A DNA stretch of 64,000 bases from Ascidiella aspersa (Eukaryota): the NCBI GenBank assembly GCA_963924565.1, contig OZ004608.1:34348001-34412000 (forward strand), in the 5' to 3' direction. The position numbers and the translations under genes are program-made. The notes under the pieces are model-generated. The model did no database searches. It saw only the letters and a list, made by a program, of their open reading frames with translations, and was not told where the DNA came from. Below are positions 14,255 through 27,400 of the stretch, piece by piece. The first letter of the stretch is position 1; every line of letters begins with the position of its first letter.

Positions 14255-14750
14255 GAAATAAGTGTTGCTATAATATTAAACGCGGTTAGTGAAATATTTA
14301 GGATTTGGAAAAACATGGTGAAAAGAGTGATTCAATCTACATATAAGTAAGAAATCTCGACTTACAGTGTCTTAGAAAAGGACAGATCAAAAGGCTGAGC
14401 TTACTTCATAAGTCAAAGATATTTGCATTAAACCTCACACAAAAAATGTCACAATTGTTCTCTGAATCACGAAGCAATGTCTTGATGAAAGGACAGACCA
14501 ATGTCAACAAGTTTGTTTTCAAAGGTGGAAGATGTTTGCATTAATTTCACAAGATAAGAGTTGCTATAATGCTAAACGCGGGTAGTAGGCTAAAACATTT
14601 ACGCCTTGAAAAGCGCGGTAAAAAGATTTATTCAATCTGCCCATAGCAAAGAAGTCACTAAGTAGTGTCTTTAGAAAAGGATAAATCAAAAGGCTAAGTT
14701 TGCTTCATAAGGCAAATATATTGGCATTTAATTCCACACAATAAAAGGTC
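14255..14750. repeat. About 295-bp-period tandem duplication
   Basis: gttgctataat..taaacgcgg..ttcaatct..agtgtct..agaaaagga..atcaaaaggct..cttcataag occurs twice. Confidence 0.8.
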
Positions 14751-16280
14751 GTTGAAAATGCTTGCATTGAATTACACACAAGAAAGGTCACAAACATGCA
14801 ATACCACCTTATATAGGCGCCCTGATTAGAACGTCGCCGCAAACGTAACGACGTAATCCAGCAACACTTTACATTCAAGGCGCCTTTTTCGTTTAATAAA
14901 AAAGGGCATTAAACCAAATTGGACAGCCTGTCCCGGCATAAGCGGGTCTGCTTTCGCTAAACTCCAGGCGCCTATAGGTTTACAACCAGTGAGACGACCG
15001 CATATTTACGGAAGCCGACAATGGAAATCCTTATCTCAGGTGGATCGCGGTACAAGCTAAACCCACACGTGCGTCACAGCTGTATCGCGAGCAACTTGTA
15101 GGCACGAAACTCGCATCTATATTGGGAATCTCGTGCCAAACCGTTCCAGCCTTTTTTTCGCTCCCACACGATGATAGATTTGTAAAGGCGTAGTTACCTT
15201 TGGTCGGGGAAGATTAAAAGCCCTCTACACCTGTGGTGTTTAAACTGAAGATTGCAAGGATGTTTAAAGGGGATGCACAATATATTTAAATACACCGACT
15301 TACAAATTATGTAAATTACGTCAGCCGTAGCGTATCTTTCTAATTGAGCTTTAACGGAGATATTTAATTTGACAGCTTGTGTGCTGCAAATAATTTAAAC
15401 TGCGGGTAAATAAGTATTGATTTGAGAGTTAAAGTATTTAAGTTTGAGATATTCTACTCAGGTGTAACTTAGGTGGTACATCAACACTGTACAAAAGCTC
15501 AAAATGGTACGCGAAAAAAAAAGTTTGGGAATCACTGGTTTAACTCAATAGTTTATGCTACAGACACCTTTACACTTTGAGGCGAAGTGTTCAGAGCTTT
15601 AATTTTCTGTTCCCGCTTGATTAGTCACCAAATGTATTTTTCCCTAATGAAGTCCTGTTCTGTGTACCTTTGCGGCTTTACAAACACAGCTGTGCATCTT
15701 TGAGACCTGAAGATAATTTAAGCCACAACTAAACATGCTGCTAAAGTTGTACTGTTTTTATTATTTTGATTTTATCTTTTTGGCCATTTATACTGTAAAG
15801 TCATACCGAGTATGAAAATGTAGTGGTTTATAGCGGCAAAGTATTAAACGTGTTTGTTGGACTAACTTGGACTTAGATGTTATCAACTCACTCAACTTTA
15901 TCGCAATACAAACCCGTTTGCTTGCTCAAAGTTGCTTTGATGTTTTAGATGATGTGATTAATCAGACAACATTTTATGATTACTTGCATTTGCTTATAGT
16001 GGTTGCACTAGACTTAAAACGCTACCCACGCAATCATCAACATGAGGCCTACATTGTGGTTTCAAGTCTCGCCGTTCGCGCCTCTAAGATAACTACACTA
16101 CATCACATCAGCACCTTTTGATGTGGGCTTTTGATTTGGCTTTTACGTGTCATCACCCGCATACCGAGATAAGGTCTCACTCAAGCAAACATGGCAAGAT
16201 ATTATATCGGTTAAGATGGACCTGCCGATCTTGGACTAATTGCGAAGTTGTGGTGCGATAAATGAAACACATTTCTGAAT

Positions 16281-16375
16281 TTTGGATAATGGTTGGAGGT
16301 TGTATTAAAACGTAGTAAGAATATCAAAGTTCATACAGAAGTAGGTAGCATCTTGAACGTTTCGAATAACTCTTT
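16281..16375 (-). mobile_element. Family P1 degenerate copy
   Basis: ataatggttggaggttgta..cgtagtaagaatatcaaag..catacagaagtaggtagcatcttgaacgtttcgaataactcttt matches the 17523-17722 element. Confidence 0.7.
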
Positions 16376-17522
16376 CGTTTCTGATTATTTTGCAAGCCAT
16401 AAATTTCTAAAAAAAACAAGATATACATATCTTTACAGATATTATGGCATAAGCTAAACAAAGCACATAAGACTAAAAAAAATGTTCCGCCTTACAAAGC
16501 TGACTTTTGAACGATTTAAAAGAATAAATTTCTTGTTATAAAATCATAAAAAAAGTGATTTTTGTATTAATATATGGTAAAAGTCTTAAAACTCGCGTTT
16601 TATTAAATCAGTCCCTTTTTAAAAGTGAGTTATTCTTTTTTGGTCGAATGGACAACTCATTTTGAAATACCTTAAAAGGAAATTCGCTTTACTTGGATTG
16701 CAGACAAACAATAATTGCCAAGCAGATCACTGATACTGCAATGATTATATACAAAACAGCTACTTTGGATGGAATCTGTCTACAGTCCAAACCTACCCTC
16801 CCAAGATCGCCAGCATTTCGTGTTCTGCTGTCTGTGTTTGTTGCTGGCTGCAGCAGTACACAAATCCACCCCCACAAACAGAACTCCAATCCCCCTGACA
16901 GACGCAAAATATTTTATCAGCACAATTCGCTCACACAGCGGTTTCAAATCTAGATGTTTTTCAATATTATGCGTAGTTCCACATACAATACAGCTCGATG
17001 TGGCTCTAACGCACATGACAGTCTGCTATGCATGTACAGGGGATGTTTAAAAAAATCGAATCGGAGTCAATACCCGATGTTAAGTGATAGTATCGGTAAT
17101 CGTCCGGTACTAGGGTAATATTGCCGCCGAAATTGATTATATTTTCAGCCATGATTTGCGATCCAACACAGTGACCTTGAAAGGTGAATGTATCAGAAAA
17201 TAGTCGGGAAATCAACTATAACACCCTAAAACAAATTGTGGCCTAATGTACACATTTTAAAATGCCATTGAAGGTTTCAATACTCTATATTGTTATTTTG
17301 CGCGTATTAGTGACGTCATTCGGTGTCGGTTCGAAAGGCGATACTTTTGGTCCAGAATAGCGGGCATTGGTGTCGGAAAGAAATGTCAAGACTTGACATT
17401 CTTGTAGGGTCTGATAGTTTGGCGTGATAATAAAAAGTCACACCCAACGAAATGTTTGCGCAAAATCAATATTGGGTTTCAAGTTGTTTTGTTGTAAAGA
17501 TTCGAACATCAGTTCACGAAAA

Positions 17523-17722
17523 CGTAATAAGAATATCAAAGCCCATACAGAAGTAGGTATCATTTTGGACGTTTCGAATAACTCTTTATTCATTTTCAAC
17601 ATCTCAACAGATGTTGAAAATGAATAAAGAGTTATTCGAAACGTCCAAAATGATACCTACTTCTGTATGGGCTTTGATATTCTTATTACGTCTTACTACA
17701 ACCTCCAACCATTATGCTCCAA
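17523..17722 (+). mobile_element. Penelope-like fold-back element, family P1, with hammerhead-like core
   Basis: Perfect 83-bp inverted repeat (17522-17604 / 17609-17691), a 31-nt unpaired tail, and a 12-bp TSD agttcacgaaaa (17511-17522, 17723-17734). Core TTGAAAA-T-GAATAA-agag-TTATTC-GAAA-CG-TC. Confidence 0.75.
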
Positions 17723-19993
17723 AGTTCACGAAAAGAAACTCAATTCGGAAAATATCCTGAAATTAACAACAAACCAAGAAAATCCAGTATCTTGAGGCGA
17801 CCCCCAAAAACCTATGGTCTGTTGCATTTCTAAACTTACCAAATGGCAGGGCGAAAAATCGATTACTAGCCTACAAGTATTTTAATAATCGGCTTAAACC
17901 TTATCTTAGCCGAAGTTTAGCCGGAAAATTTTGTAACCGTAAAACCGATGCCATACCGCTTATGCTCGACCAACAACATTTATTTTTTTTGTCGTTTAAG
18001 TACTCTTAGCTAGAAGGTAAAATCTATTTAATTATTCAAGCACAGAAACGAATCCAGTAACATTCGAAATGACTAACCTTGTTTAAGCTCATTCAGGGAT
18101 TCAATTTTTTTTAGATTGTCAACATAAGAACAGTTTTTAGCTGTGAAAGAATGTTTTGATGTATATAGGGTTATTAGCATACAAGAAGGCACCAGATCTA
18201 ACGATAGGCATCTTATTGGTTCACGACTAACATTGAAGATAAAATCAAAATGCCGCAGTAACCTCTATTCCATAGCGGCAATGCACATTGGGCAATTTTC
18301 TTGCTTCAATTTACTAACCAGTGATGAACGCGTGACTCACAGAGATGCGCTAGGCCTGATAAGCTTGTTTTGCAGACAAACTCTTGATCCGGCGAACAAT
18401 GGAAACGCGGGGCTTACCCAACTTTTCGTGCATCGAGGTTTTATCTTTGTTGCAATAATGCGATCTTATTTTTACTAAGCTGGCGATTTTGAGACGATTT
18501 TGTGGGAAAAAGTGGACGCCCAATTTTCGCCGTAATGTTGAACACGTTGTATAAGTCGTGTGAAATTATTTCCGAATTGAAATTATACACCAAATTAATC
18601 GTGCTGTCTTTAATGGATTTTAAAGGGTAATATATCCGATTAGAAAACTTTATTTATTAGAGTAAAATTATATAAATATTAATGCATTTAACTACAAGTT
18701 TCTTAAATTAAAAATGATAGCAACCCATAAGTATTGTTTTTATTAATAACATTAGTTTTGCTGTCTAATGATTGCCATATTAAATACGCAAAAAAACTTT
18801 TTTTGTTATTTAAAAAACTGTAAAAGCCACCAATAACTTAAGAAGCGAATAAATTTCAATTGCGCAGTTTAAAAAAAACTTTCATCGAAACGCCATTAGT
18901 TAAATGTGTTATGCGAACCCAACTAACAATAAAACTAAGTTATAAAGCATTCCCTTTTTGCGTTGTGAAGTACGATTTACCTAAAGAGGTGTTAATAACA
19001 TTTTAGCTAGAACGATGTCCGAAAAATGCGTGGGTGGGAAATACCGATCTTTATCAGAAATGACGGATGTCGGTATGCCTTGTATGTTTGGGGAGATATC
19101 CTATCTCAATGGTAAGATTCCCAACGCTTAGAACATATTTTAATAAAGTGCCCTTAATTTACAGAGAATGGGTTATTCTGAAAGTTACAAGAATGCGTAA
19201 TTATTTGGCTTGCTCTGACTTACAAAAATGTAAAGTCCGATCAAAAAAACGTTTTCTATGTTACCAAGTCTGTTTTTGATTTTTAAAAATACCCGTTGAA
19301 ACATAAGAGCAGCCTACGTTTAAGTGTTTTTGATCCTGACTACTTGCTCGTGCAAAAAATTCGACCTGAATAAATTGAAATGTTTATTTGTTAAAAAGGT
19401 GTTGTTCAAACGAATAAGGAAAACTTAAGTGCGGTGAATTTTGAGACACATGAATTGACACCTTAAGTTAAAAAAAAAGTAAAAAAGTTAATATAAATAA
19501 CAAATGCAAGGAATTAAATCGACAGTCAATAAAACTTTATACAGTTTTGAACACATCTTAGGGGTAAATTTTGTTTTACTAAATCATACTTTATAAGACG
19601 TTACTTATATATAATGACAATCGAATGCCCTAATTCAGTCACTCCGATAGTAACAATATTAGTTTCGCTTTTTAAAGTTCGTAGAAACCATTGTTTCTCG
19701 ACAGTTTTGCCTTTGAAATTAATTAGGCTCAAAAATAAAATTATACATGCCATTGACGTATTCGATTTACTAATTGGAGCTTTTTTGTCTAACTATGATA
19801 CAAGGCTAATCAAAATGATTTTTCTGAAATACTTTAGTTTTGATTAAGGCAAAAAAGAAAAGCCTATTTAAGTTTCTCAAGAACAACTTGCGACCATTGA
19901 GATTCAGTTTAACCCAGGTTAAGAAAAACGCCGCGAGAACAAAAAACGATTAAATTGTCATCTTTAATCAAATACAACGAAATTCGCTTCCAT

Positions 19994-20560
19994 TTATTTC
20001 TTGACCTTTCTCTTGGACAAAATCGTCCTAAAGGAATCCCTCAGTGTTTTCCTCTTCGAAGTATTCGAATCACTCCTCATCATATAATGATCGGGCAGGC
20101 TTCCGTACGGTGACGTCATACGCTCGTGACGTGATAGCACCTTGACGTCACCGTCGTCGTCGAAGAACGAGCGACGCTGCCAAACATCGGTGACATCACG
20201 ATATCTCTGCGGTCTCATTGTGACGTCATTTTGGCTGATTTCGCCCGACGGCTCGAAGGTCGTTGTTCGGCGCACCACCTCGCTTTCGCGTCGCGCGAAC
20301 TCGTCCGAAGGCGAGGCGCGAAACTTTACGAACTCATCCGAAGTAACTCGGGACGCTTCGCCGTTTGAGCGAAGTGTTGAAAGGTCCTGGCTGTTGTTGA
20401 TGGTTTCGGGGGAGGTAAAATGGTTGGAAAACTGCTGGTAACTGGAATTGTCATCGTCTGTGACTCTGGAAACAGTTTTGAAGTTTCTTGTTGAACATTT
20501 TCGGGTAGATTTACACTTACTGCCAGCATTCACTTTTTCGTTTTTACATGACTGAACCAT
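19994..20560 (-). CDS. Orphan Ser/Arg/Asp-rich, probably disordered ORF (188 aa from ATG); either a stand-alone gene or a terminal exon starting at 20465
   Basis: Long, GC-richer ORF in an AT-rich background, ending in a basic tail (KRKTLRDSFRTILSKRKVKK). Candidate acceptor tgtttccag at 20474-20466. No recognised domain. Confidence 0.5.
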   Translation of the reverse strand: MVQSCKNEKVNAGSKCKSTRKCSTRNFKTVSRVTDDDNSSYQQFSNHFTSPETINNSQDLSTLRSNGEASRVTSDEFVKFRASPSDEFARRESEVVRRTTTFEPSGEISQNDVTMRPQRYRDVTDVWQRRSFFDDDGDVKVLSRHERMTSPYGSLPDHYMMRSDSNTSKRKTLRDSFRTILSKRKVKK

Positions 20561-21335
20561 GTTGAAACTTATATGTATACTTTAGAAACGGTCGTGAGTT
20601 CAAACCTCACTAACGGTTAGCTTTATAGCCTTGGCTTGCTTACACGTAAATCCTTACATGTCGAAATTTTGTATAAACCTTTCAAAACGCAACAGGACAG
20701 GCGATCTATTTTTTTACGTGTTGCTTCGTGTGCTAAACTGGGTGTAATATACGTCACGAATTTGACAGAATACACAGGTTCAGCAGTTTGGGTCACGGTT
20801 TAAAGTAAATGTTAGTCATCTTGCGACAAAAAAGTCCAATCCAAGAATAACAGCGATTTTGATGAGATCACCAAGATATCATCATGTCGATATAGTTAGT
20901 CATCGAATGTTGTGGTTAGTCATCAATTAGAGGAGCTTGAACCCCATCACATGCAGAAATAGGAAATACTCACAAACATGGATATATGGTTAGATATGCA
21001 GGCAGTAGGAAATACATTATTGCAGGGTTACTCATGCACTGTGCCTTTCTCATTACAAACAATTTTACCATTTACTCTACAATCTGTGGTTGAAATCACT
21101 ATTAAAAGCTTTTTTGTACGAATCGTGTCGCGTCCATCTGTCTGTGATATTTCGCCTTTCTTGCCTTTTAGAGCTAGTAAATGGCGATAAAAGCCTCAAT
21201 AAAAAGTCCAATATAAAACTAAACATAGTGTATAAATTCGTACCGTTTACAAAACACGGAGTTCATATCAACTGACAAGGGAAATCGCAAATCTACAAGT
21301 CACACACTGTTTCAACAGAATCATCTTGAAAGATA

Positions 21336-21402
21336 TCCTTGTATATGGCCGTATTTGTCCTAATTCTAAATAGAGAAATCAGGTGGCACTGTATAAAGAC
21401 AA
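21336..21402 (-). mobile_element. Family P2 truncated copy (tail end only)
   Basis: ttgtatatggccgtatttg..taattctaaata..aatcaggtggcactgtataaagacaa shared with 27862-27930; 13-bp TSD atcttgaaagata (21323-21335, 21403-21415). Confidence 0.8.
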
Positions 21403-21722
21403 ATCTTGAAAGATAGAAACTCTGTCAACCGGCTTGCGATATCGAACATTTTTCGTAGCTTCGAGCGTTTGCAAACAAAATGTAACCCAGTGAATACGGG
21501 TATAGTGAGACACTGCCAAAACTAGGGGTGTTCGATATTATCGTATCTCAGTTGAAGTATAAATTTATCAAATAGTGTAAGTTAACAACCCCGAGGGTGT
21601 TTAAACCTCCTGAGAAAAATCAACTGAAAAAAATTACCTTTGCACGTTTTACCTTTTTTTTGTTTAAGCATACCAATAAACTCATCAGTATCGGACCAGA
21701 TCGCGGTACTCTTTGTCTAAAA

Positions 21723-22038
21723 CAGTGGTTCTTAACCTTTGGTAACCTGTCGAACCCCTATGCAATTCTACAAGCGTTCGTCGAACCTCAAATTTTTGCT
21801 TAGTATTCGTTTCTTCCTCCTAGCAGCTGAAACCGGGCATATTCCAATTTAACTTGAATTTATATAGGTTAAATTGGAACTTTCAATTTCTAAGGTTACA
21901 TGACACCTTGGCGCATAAAAGAGATTCGAATTAGTTTGAAATGACAGCATTTATGTTTCAGAGGACGTTCTCGCCGAACCCTTGAAACAGCTGCGTCGAA
22001 CCCCAAGGGTTCGATTGAACCCTGGTTAAGAACCACTG
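21723..22038. mobile_element. hAT (Charlie-like) MITE, second copy
   Basis: TIRs CAGTGGTTCTTAACC...GGTTAAGAACCACTG; flanks gtctaaaa/ctctgaaa resemble the nTCTAGAn target. Confidence 0.85.
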
Positions 22039-23341
22039 CTCTGAAACATCGAGCAGCCTATCGGTATCCGAAAAAAATTAATGGACATCATTACTCAAAA
22101 CAACGATTTTTAATTCGCTGCAAATAACAGTTTTGCACTGATCAAACATAGGTTTAAAACTAGGATTTTGTTTGTGTTTTGTTGCTTGTATGCGACACGT
22201 CTCATATGGCTTACTCAGTGCAATGTATTACCCGGTTATGGTTTGTACTTCGCGTAAATATCGATTCAAACTAAATTGTATTTTGAATTAAAAAAGGATT
22301 ATGTTCCCACTTCATTCTTTGTTTCATTCCACGTTCTTTTAATCACAACACCGCTACAGACATAATCTTTAAAATAGCGATGCGGCAATCCCTTTACAAT
22401 CCAACACCTCATGAAAATCTTCCAAAATTCCCCGATACAAATATAGAACCGAAGCGAGCTACTTGGAAAAGAAAAAAGTGTACGTCAGTAAGTTTCTTTA
22501 GGATTGCGAGGAGTTCAGATACGCTGGATACTTTAAGCTTTAATCGGATTTAATTTGCTGATGTTGTGTCAGCTGATCGAAGGCCTTATCCGTTCGGAAT
22601 TTATGCGATGATTGATAGTTTTGGTTGTTGACAAAACAATGGCCATTGTGAGCAATAGAAAGTGATTAAATGGGAGTTGGAAATGCATTTTTTGAAAAAA
22701 ACAAATATATTTTTCTGTTTTGCCAGAAAAGGATTACGGAGAGTTTTTTTAGGCAAATGCACCACCCTTTGAAATCAAATACTCGATGTTGGTCAACTGT
22801 ATTCTGTAATAGAAAAGCAAATATAAAAACCAGGCAAAGTCTTGGCGCTGATTAATTCAAACAAAATGTTGTTTAATTTCGATTTTGTATTAATATTCAA
22901 TTCTTAAATACAGCTTTTTCACCCTGGTAGATTTTTGCGTATGAATGATGTTGAAATGCAGATTTAAAAATGTAAAGTATTCGTGAAACAACAAGCAAAA
23001 TACCCGCAACACATAAGCGTTTGAATCTTTTTCTAAACAAGATTACCCTCTTTTTCTTTATCCATGATTTTTTACACTTAACCGAATGCACAAAAGCGTG
23101 CTTTTCTCAAACGTTTTCTGTGATCATACTTTAACCTGGCACCACGCCATACAATCATTGCCCAAGGCAGTTTGATGGAAATTCAAACCTCAGTCAACAC
23201 AAATAAAGTTCCGGTTCCGTATCATCAAGTTTTCGTCAATTTGGAAAGCAACACCGAAGCCCTTGGGCGGTTTTCGGTAAAAAAAAATTTCGCAGCCAAT
23301 AAGGCTCCCATTTTTACCATTACGCAAATAAAATACCAAGT

Positions 23342-23485
23342 CGTAATAAGAATATCAAATCCCATACTGGAGTAGGTATCATTTTGAACGTTTCAAATAT
23401 CTTAGGTAACTCAGTTATCAGTTAACTGTATGGGCTTTGATATTTTTACTACGTCTTACTGCATTCTTCAACCATTATGCTCCAA
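23342..23485 (+). mobile_element. Family P1 degenerate fold-back copy
   Basis: Same inverted arms and the tail ...caaccattatgctccaa. Confidence 0.7.
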
Positions 23486-24413
23486 TAACAAGTATTTCTC
23501 CCTTAGTTGTATGTATAGCGAACGTTTATTATTATCAACAGGCATCTTTTCAGAGTATAATAATAATATTTTGCTAGGAAAAAACAAGATAAATTTGCCT
23601 CTCGACGTAAAAATACAATAAAACTAGGAACAAAAAACAGGCTTCGAAACTCTCTTTGTGAACAGAGGCAAAAAATAGTGATAAAAAGTGAAAAACTCAA
23701 GTGTTTAATATAAATACCCCTTGAATAAATTAATACTGTGAAGGCACAGGGGTGGTTTATTACGTCACAGTGAGCAGTCATGGCGTCGCATTCGTCTTTT
23801 ATGCGGCGTTAAACGAGTCAATATTCTTTAGTTGCCTTTTCCGCCGGTTAGAGCAAAGAAATGGTATAAATCATATTTGTACGAAGGAAAAGTTAGGTAA
23901 ACGTTTTGTGCTTGTTAGCTTCGCAAGAGGTTATTGGAATCAATACGAAAAGCATTTTATTTTGCAAATAATTTATAGTATAAAGGTGTTAATATAATTG
24001 TAAAAGCAGATATGAAAGCTTGTCCAAATAAATCCTAAGAAAGTTACAATTTAAACAACTTTTTATAAAAAAAATCGTTTTTCTTAGTATCTAGGGATAA
24101 AATAGACCAATATGACATTGTTGAGGCTATGTTAAAAAAAACTACAAAGTTGTCAAAATTGAACGGGGATCAACAATTTAAGGCACTGAGTACGTCACAC
24201 GTGGAAGCTTGGTGACGTCAAAAAATATGTGTAACAAAAAAAAACGCAAAAAGTAAAAAAAAACGCAAAAACAAAAAAAAAGATAAAATCATGTCGTGGT
24301 CATTAGTTTATTGTGACATGCCGCGTGCGGTGTTAGTCCATTGTCGCGTCATACACGCACACACGCTGTGTTACGTCACAGAGGTCATGCGTCGGTCGGG
24401 TGACGTCACGGCT

Positions 24414-27400
24414 TTACCTAAGGAACTTTTTGGGGTGTTGCGGGGGCGTTGGCTGCAAGTGCTTGCCAGCTCCGTTACTGTAGTTTCCTGGGGAGGTGGA
24501 ACCGGATCTGATCGGTTCTAACCGGTTTGAGGCGGTTATGGCCGGTTCGAGCGAGTTCATGTTGGGAACGCTGATGAACTGGTTGGCGAAACGCGCTGGC
24601 GCTGAAAGAGGGTTCTGGCCCTTTTTCTGGAATAGAAGCAAATTGTTTTTGTTCAAATCCCTGGCTGTAAGTTGTAGTAGGATGAAGAAAAGTTGCAAGC
24701 TATATAGTCGTAGTAAGAATATCAAAGTCAATACAAAAGTAGGTAGCATTTTGAACGTTTCGAATATCTCTTTAGTCATTTTTAACATTAATTACAGATT
24801 CAAAATCCTACTTATCTACTTCTGTGTTTCATATTCTTACTACGTCCTACTGCAACCTCCAACCGTTATGCTTCGATGCAAGCGTATGTTTACTAAAAAC
24901 GCAAGTGTATATTTTTGCGGCTGATCTGAAATACATTGTCAAATGCGAACATCAAACTCAACTGTGTTTTCTAATACGGCAGCCTAAAACCAATTCTTAG
25001 AATTAGTTACATGATAGAAAATAACAACAGTCCCTGGGCCTTTTGGTGTTATAAATGATAGGCCACGGGAACTATTTTTGCATAAGTTTTGGAAATTCAC
25101 CCCTGGTCCTATTGAACAGTTATAACGTCAATTACAACTGTGCTACATAAACTACATATATATTGGGTAATTGGAATCGCTAAAATTACTTTAAAAACTC
25201 AATGTTGAATGCGACAAACTGTTCCGGATTTGTATTTTAAGTGGCAAGTTTGTAAAGTGACAGTCGCGTCTGATAAAAAGCGGATTCTGGCCCTTTTTCT
25301 GGCAAACAAAGGATCGTACAGTTGTGACTTATAGTTTATCGACGTACAAACAGCAGTTGTTTATCGACGCTATAATGGTTTGAGCTTTCGGTAAAACTCA
25401 GAATAAACAATAAAAGGAGCACACTTATGTAATGAAACACTTCGTATATGCTGGTTTCACACGAATAACAAGAAATGCCTAAAAAAGTTCTATACTTTAG
25501 AAGTCTTTGTGTGTTTTAAAAAAGGGGACTGAAAATGCACTCTCAATATACTCAAAAAAGGGTTTCGGTGAAAAATTTAAAGCGGAAATCCCTATTAAGT
25601 TAAATCAGCACGTGACTGGATTTGAAAGGGCCGCTTCTCAATTGCAAAATCGCGTCTAAATCTTAAATAACGACACGTTGGTTCGGGGGAATTTAAATAT
25701 CGAAGAGTTTTGGTAACAAGTCGAAAGCGAAACGAGTTATTTTAAAAATGTGAGCGAATTTAAAGCACCGTTTCTCAAATGAAAAAGAGCGTCAGACCTT
25801 GCATAATGGCGGGTCGGTTTCGGAAATTTAAAATTTAAAAGGTAAAACAAGTCCTTTCAAGTAACTCCAAAACGTGAACCAATTTAAAAAAAAACGTTTC
25901 TCAATTATACGCGTCGGAGTTTTGAATACTAACAGGTTAATTTTGGATATTTCAAATTTAAAAGCTGAGACCGTTTCTCGAAATAAAAAATCACATCAGA
26001 GGCTTATATACTGACATGATGGTTTTCACAAGTTTTAAAATCAAAATGTGACGATAAAGGGAAATGAGTCGGTAATGAGTCTAAACTAAAGCAAAAACCT
26101 TAAGTTAATCCCAAAATGTGAGGAAATTTAAATGGCGGTTTCTCAATGTGCAAAATATCAAAAACTCGTTAGAGTCTTCCAACTATACTCCGCTGCGGTT
26201 ATCCTAGGATGCAAACGTGTTACCAGATGCGGAAAGTGCTTCTTGCAGCCCCAAGGCAAACTATATGTTGGGAAGTTGTACGAATGAACTTTATCTCGAA
26301 GGTCATCGTTCGTGTAGAACAAAGACCCTGGGCTATTCGTTTGCATGTTGGGATATTTCGAGACGATGTGTAATTCATACAAGGGAAAAGAAGCCACTGT
26401 TGGAAGAATGCGTAGGGTATATTTACCAGTCACGAGTTGTCGATAAGGTGTCACGCGAAAATAGAAATAGATTCATGTTACCTGTGATTCCCGAGAAACC
26501 CAAAACATACGCCATTTTTAAAAGAAAGCTCTAATTACTGAGCAGGAAAAACGTAGCATGCGTGTAAAAAGAGTATATATCTGATTTTACAAAGATTTAA
26601 AAAAACAGGTGTATGTGAAGATTTTAAGTCATTATACCTTTCTATCGCACCTATGCGCACTACAATTTTTTTTTGGTTTAACTGATATCAGTCTGTCTAT
26701 TAAGGATTTGAATCAAGAGTACTATAATGTGTGCGGTTATCGTCGGTCAATACTTCAGAGGGATTGACCATAGTCATTCATATAATTAACCAGATGTAAT
26801 GACTTATGTTTCTAATTGAGTCAAGCGCACTTGTTGTTCTGTATTGCCTTTTATATTCTTACAGGTCATTTCAAAATGACCTGTCTACAACAATGATTAA
26901 CTAATGCTTAAACTAGTATATGTTTCAGGCTCGTCAGATCAACGTAACTATCCAGTATTTCCAACTCTTATTCGTTTTAAAACAAAGAGGAAAGATTATG
27001 TCTAAAGTGAAGTCATGAACCGATTCAAATCAAAGCCATTGTTTGAAACATTCGACAACAACGCAGGGTTGTTGTTACGTCACATTGGTGTATGTCTACT
27101 CAGTACTCACCTTAACTCGTGGGTTGAGCACACCGACATTGGGCGCCGTGCTGAAGACTTTGTTGAAGTTGGTCTCTCGGTTTACCAACTCGCGCTGGAA
27201 GTACTTTTTGTCATCCTAAAAAATAAAATACATTTCGTTATTAATTCGGGGAAAATTTCTAGTCAAAGCGCAGAGCTTCTACGACTTTTTGATGTGACAA
27301 GTTAGTCACATTTTTTGAGGTTTTCGCAAGCCAGTAATATTGACAAGTCAGTTCTGAATAACTTAACATCCAATTAAGTGAAAAGACACGCATGGCATTT

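Noticed and set aside
11600-19900. Synapsin exons (TIMPs are often nested in a synapsin intron)
   Set aside because: No synapsin motifs recognised on the minus strand; short exons cannot be fully excluded without tBLASTn
26158-26534. Overlapping ORFs on both strands; faint resemblance of one frame (WEVVRMNFI) to an LTR integrase motif
   Set aside because: Similarity too weak, frame interrupted by stops, no LTRs or other pol motifs
26910-26942. Minus-strand CTGACGA-GCCT-GAAA
   Set aside because: No helix II and no helix I
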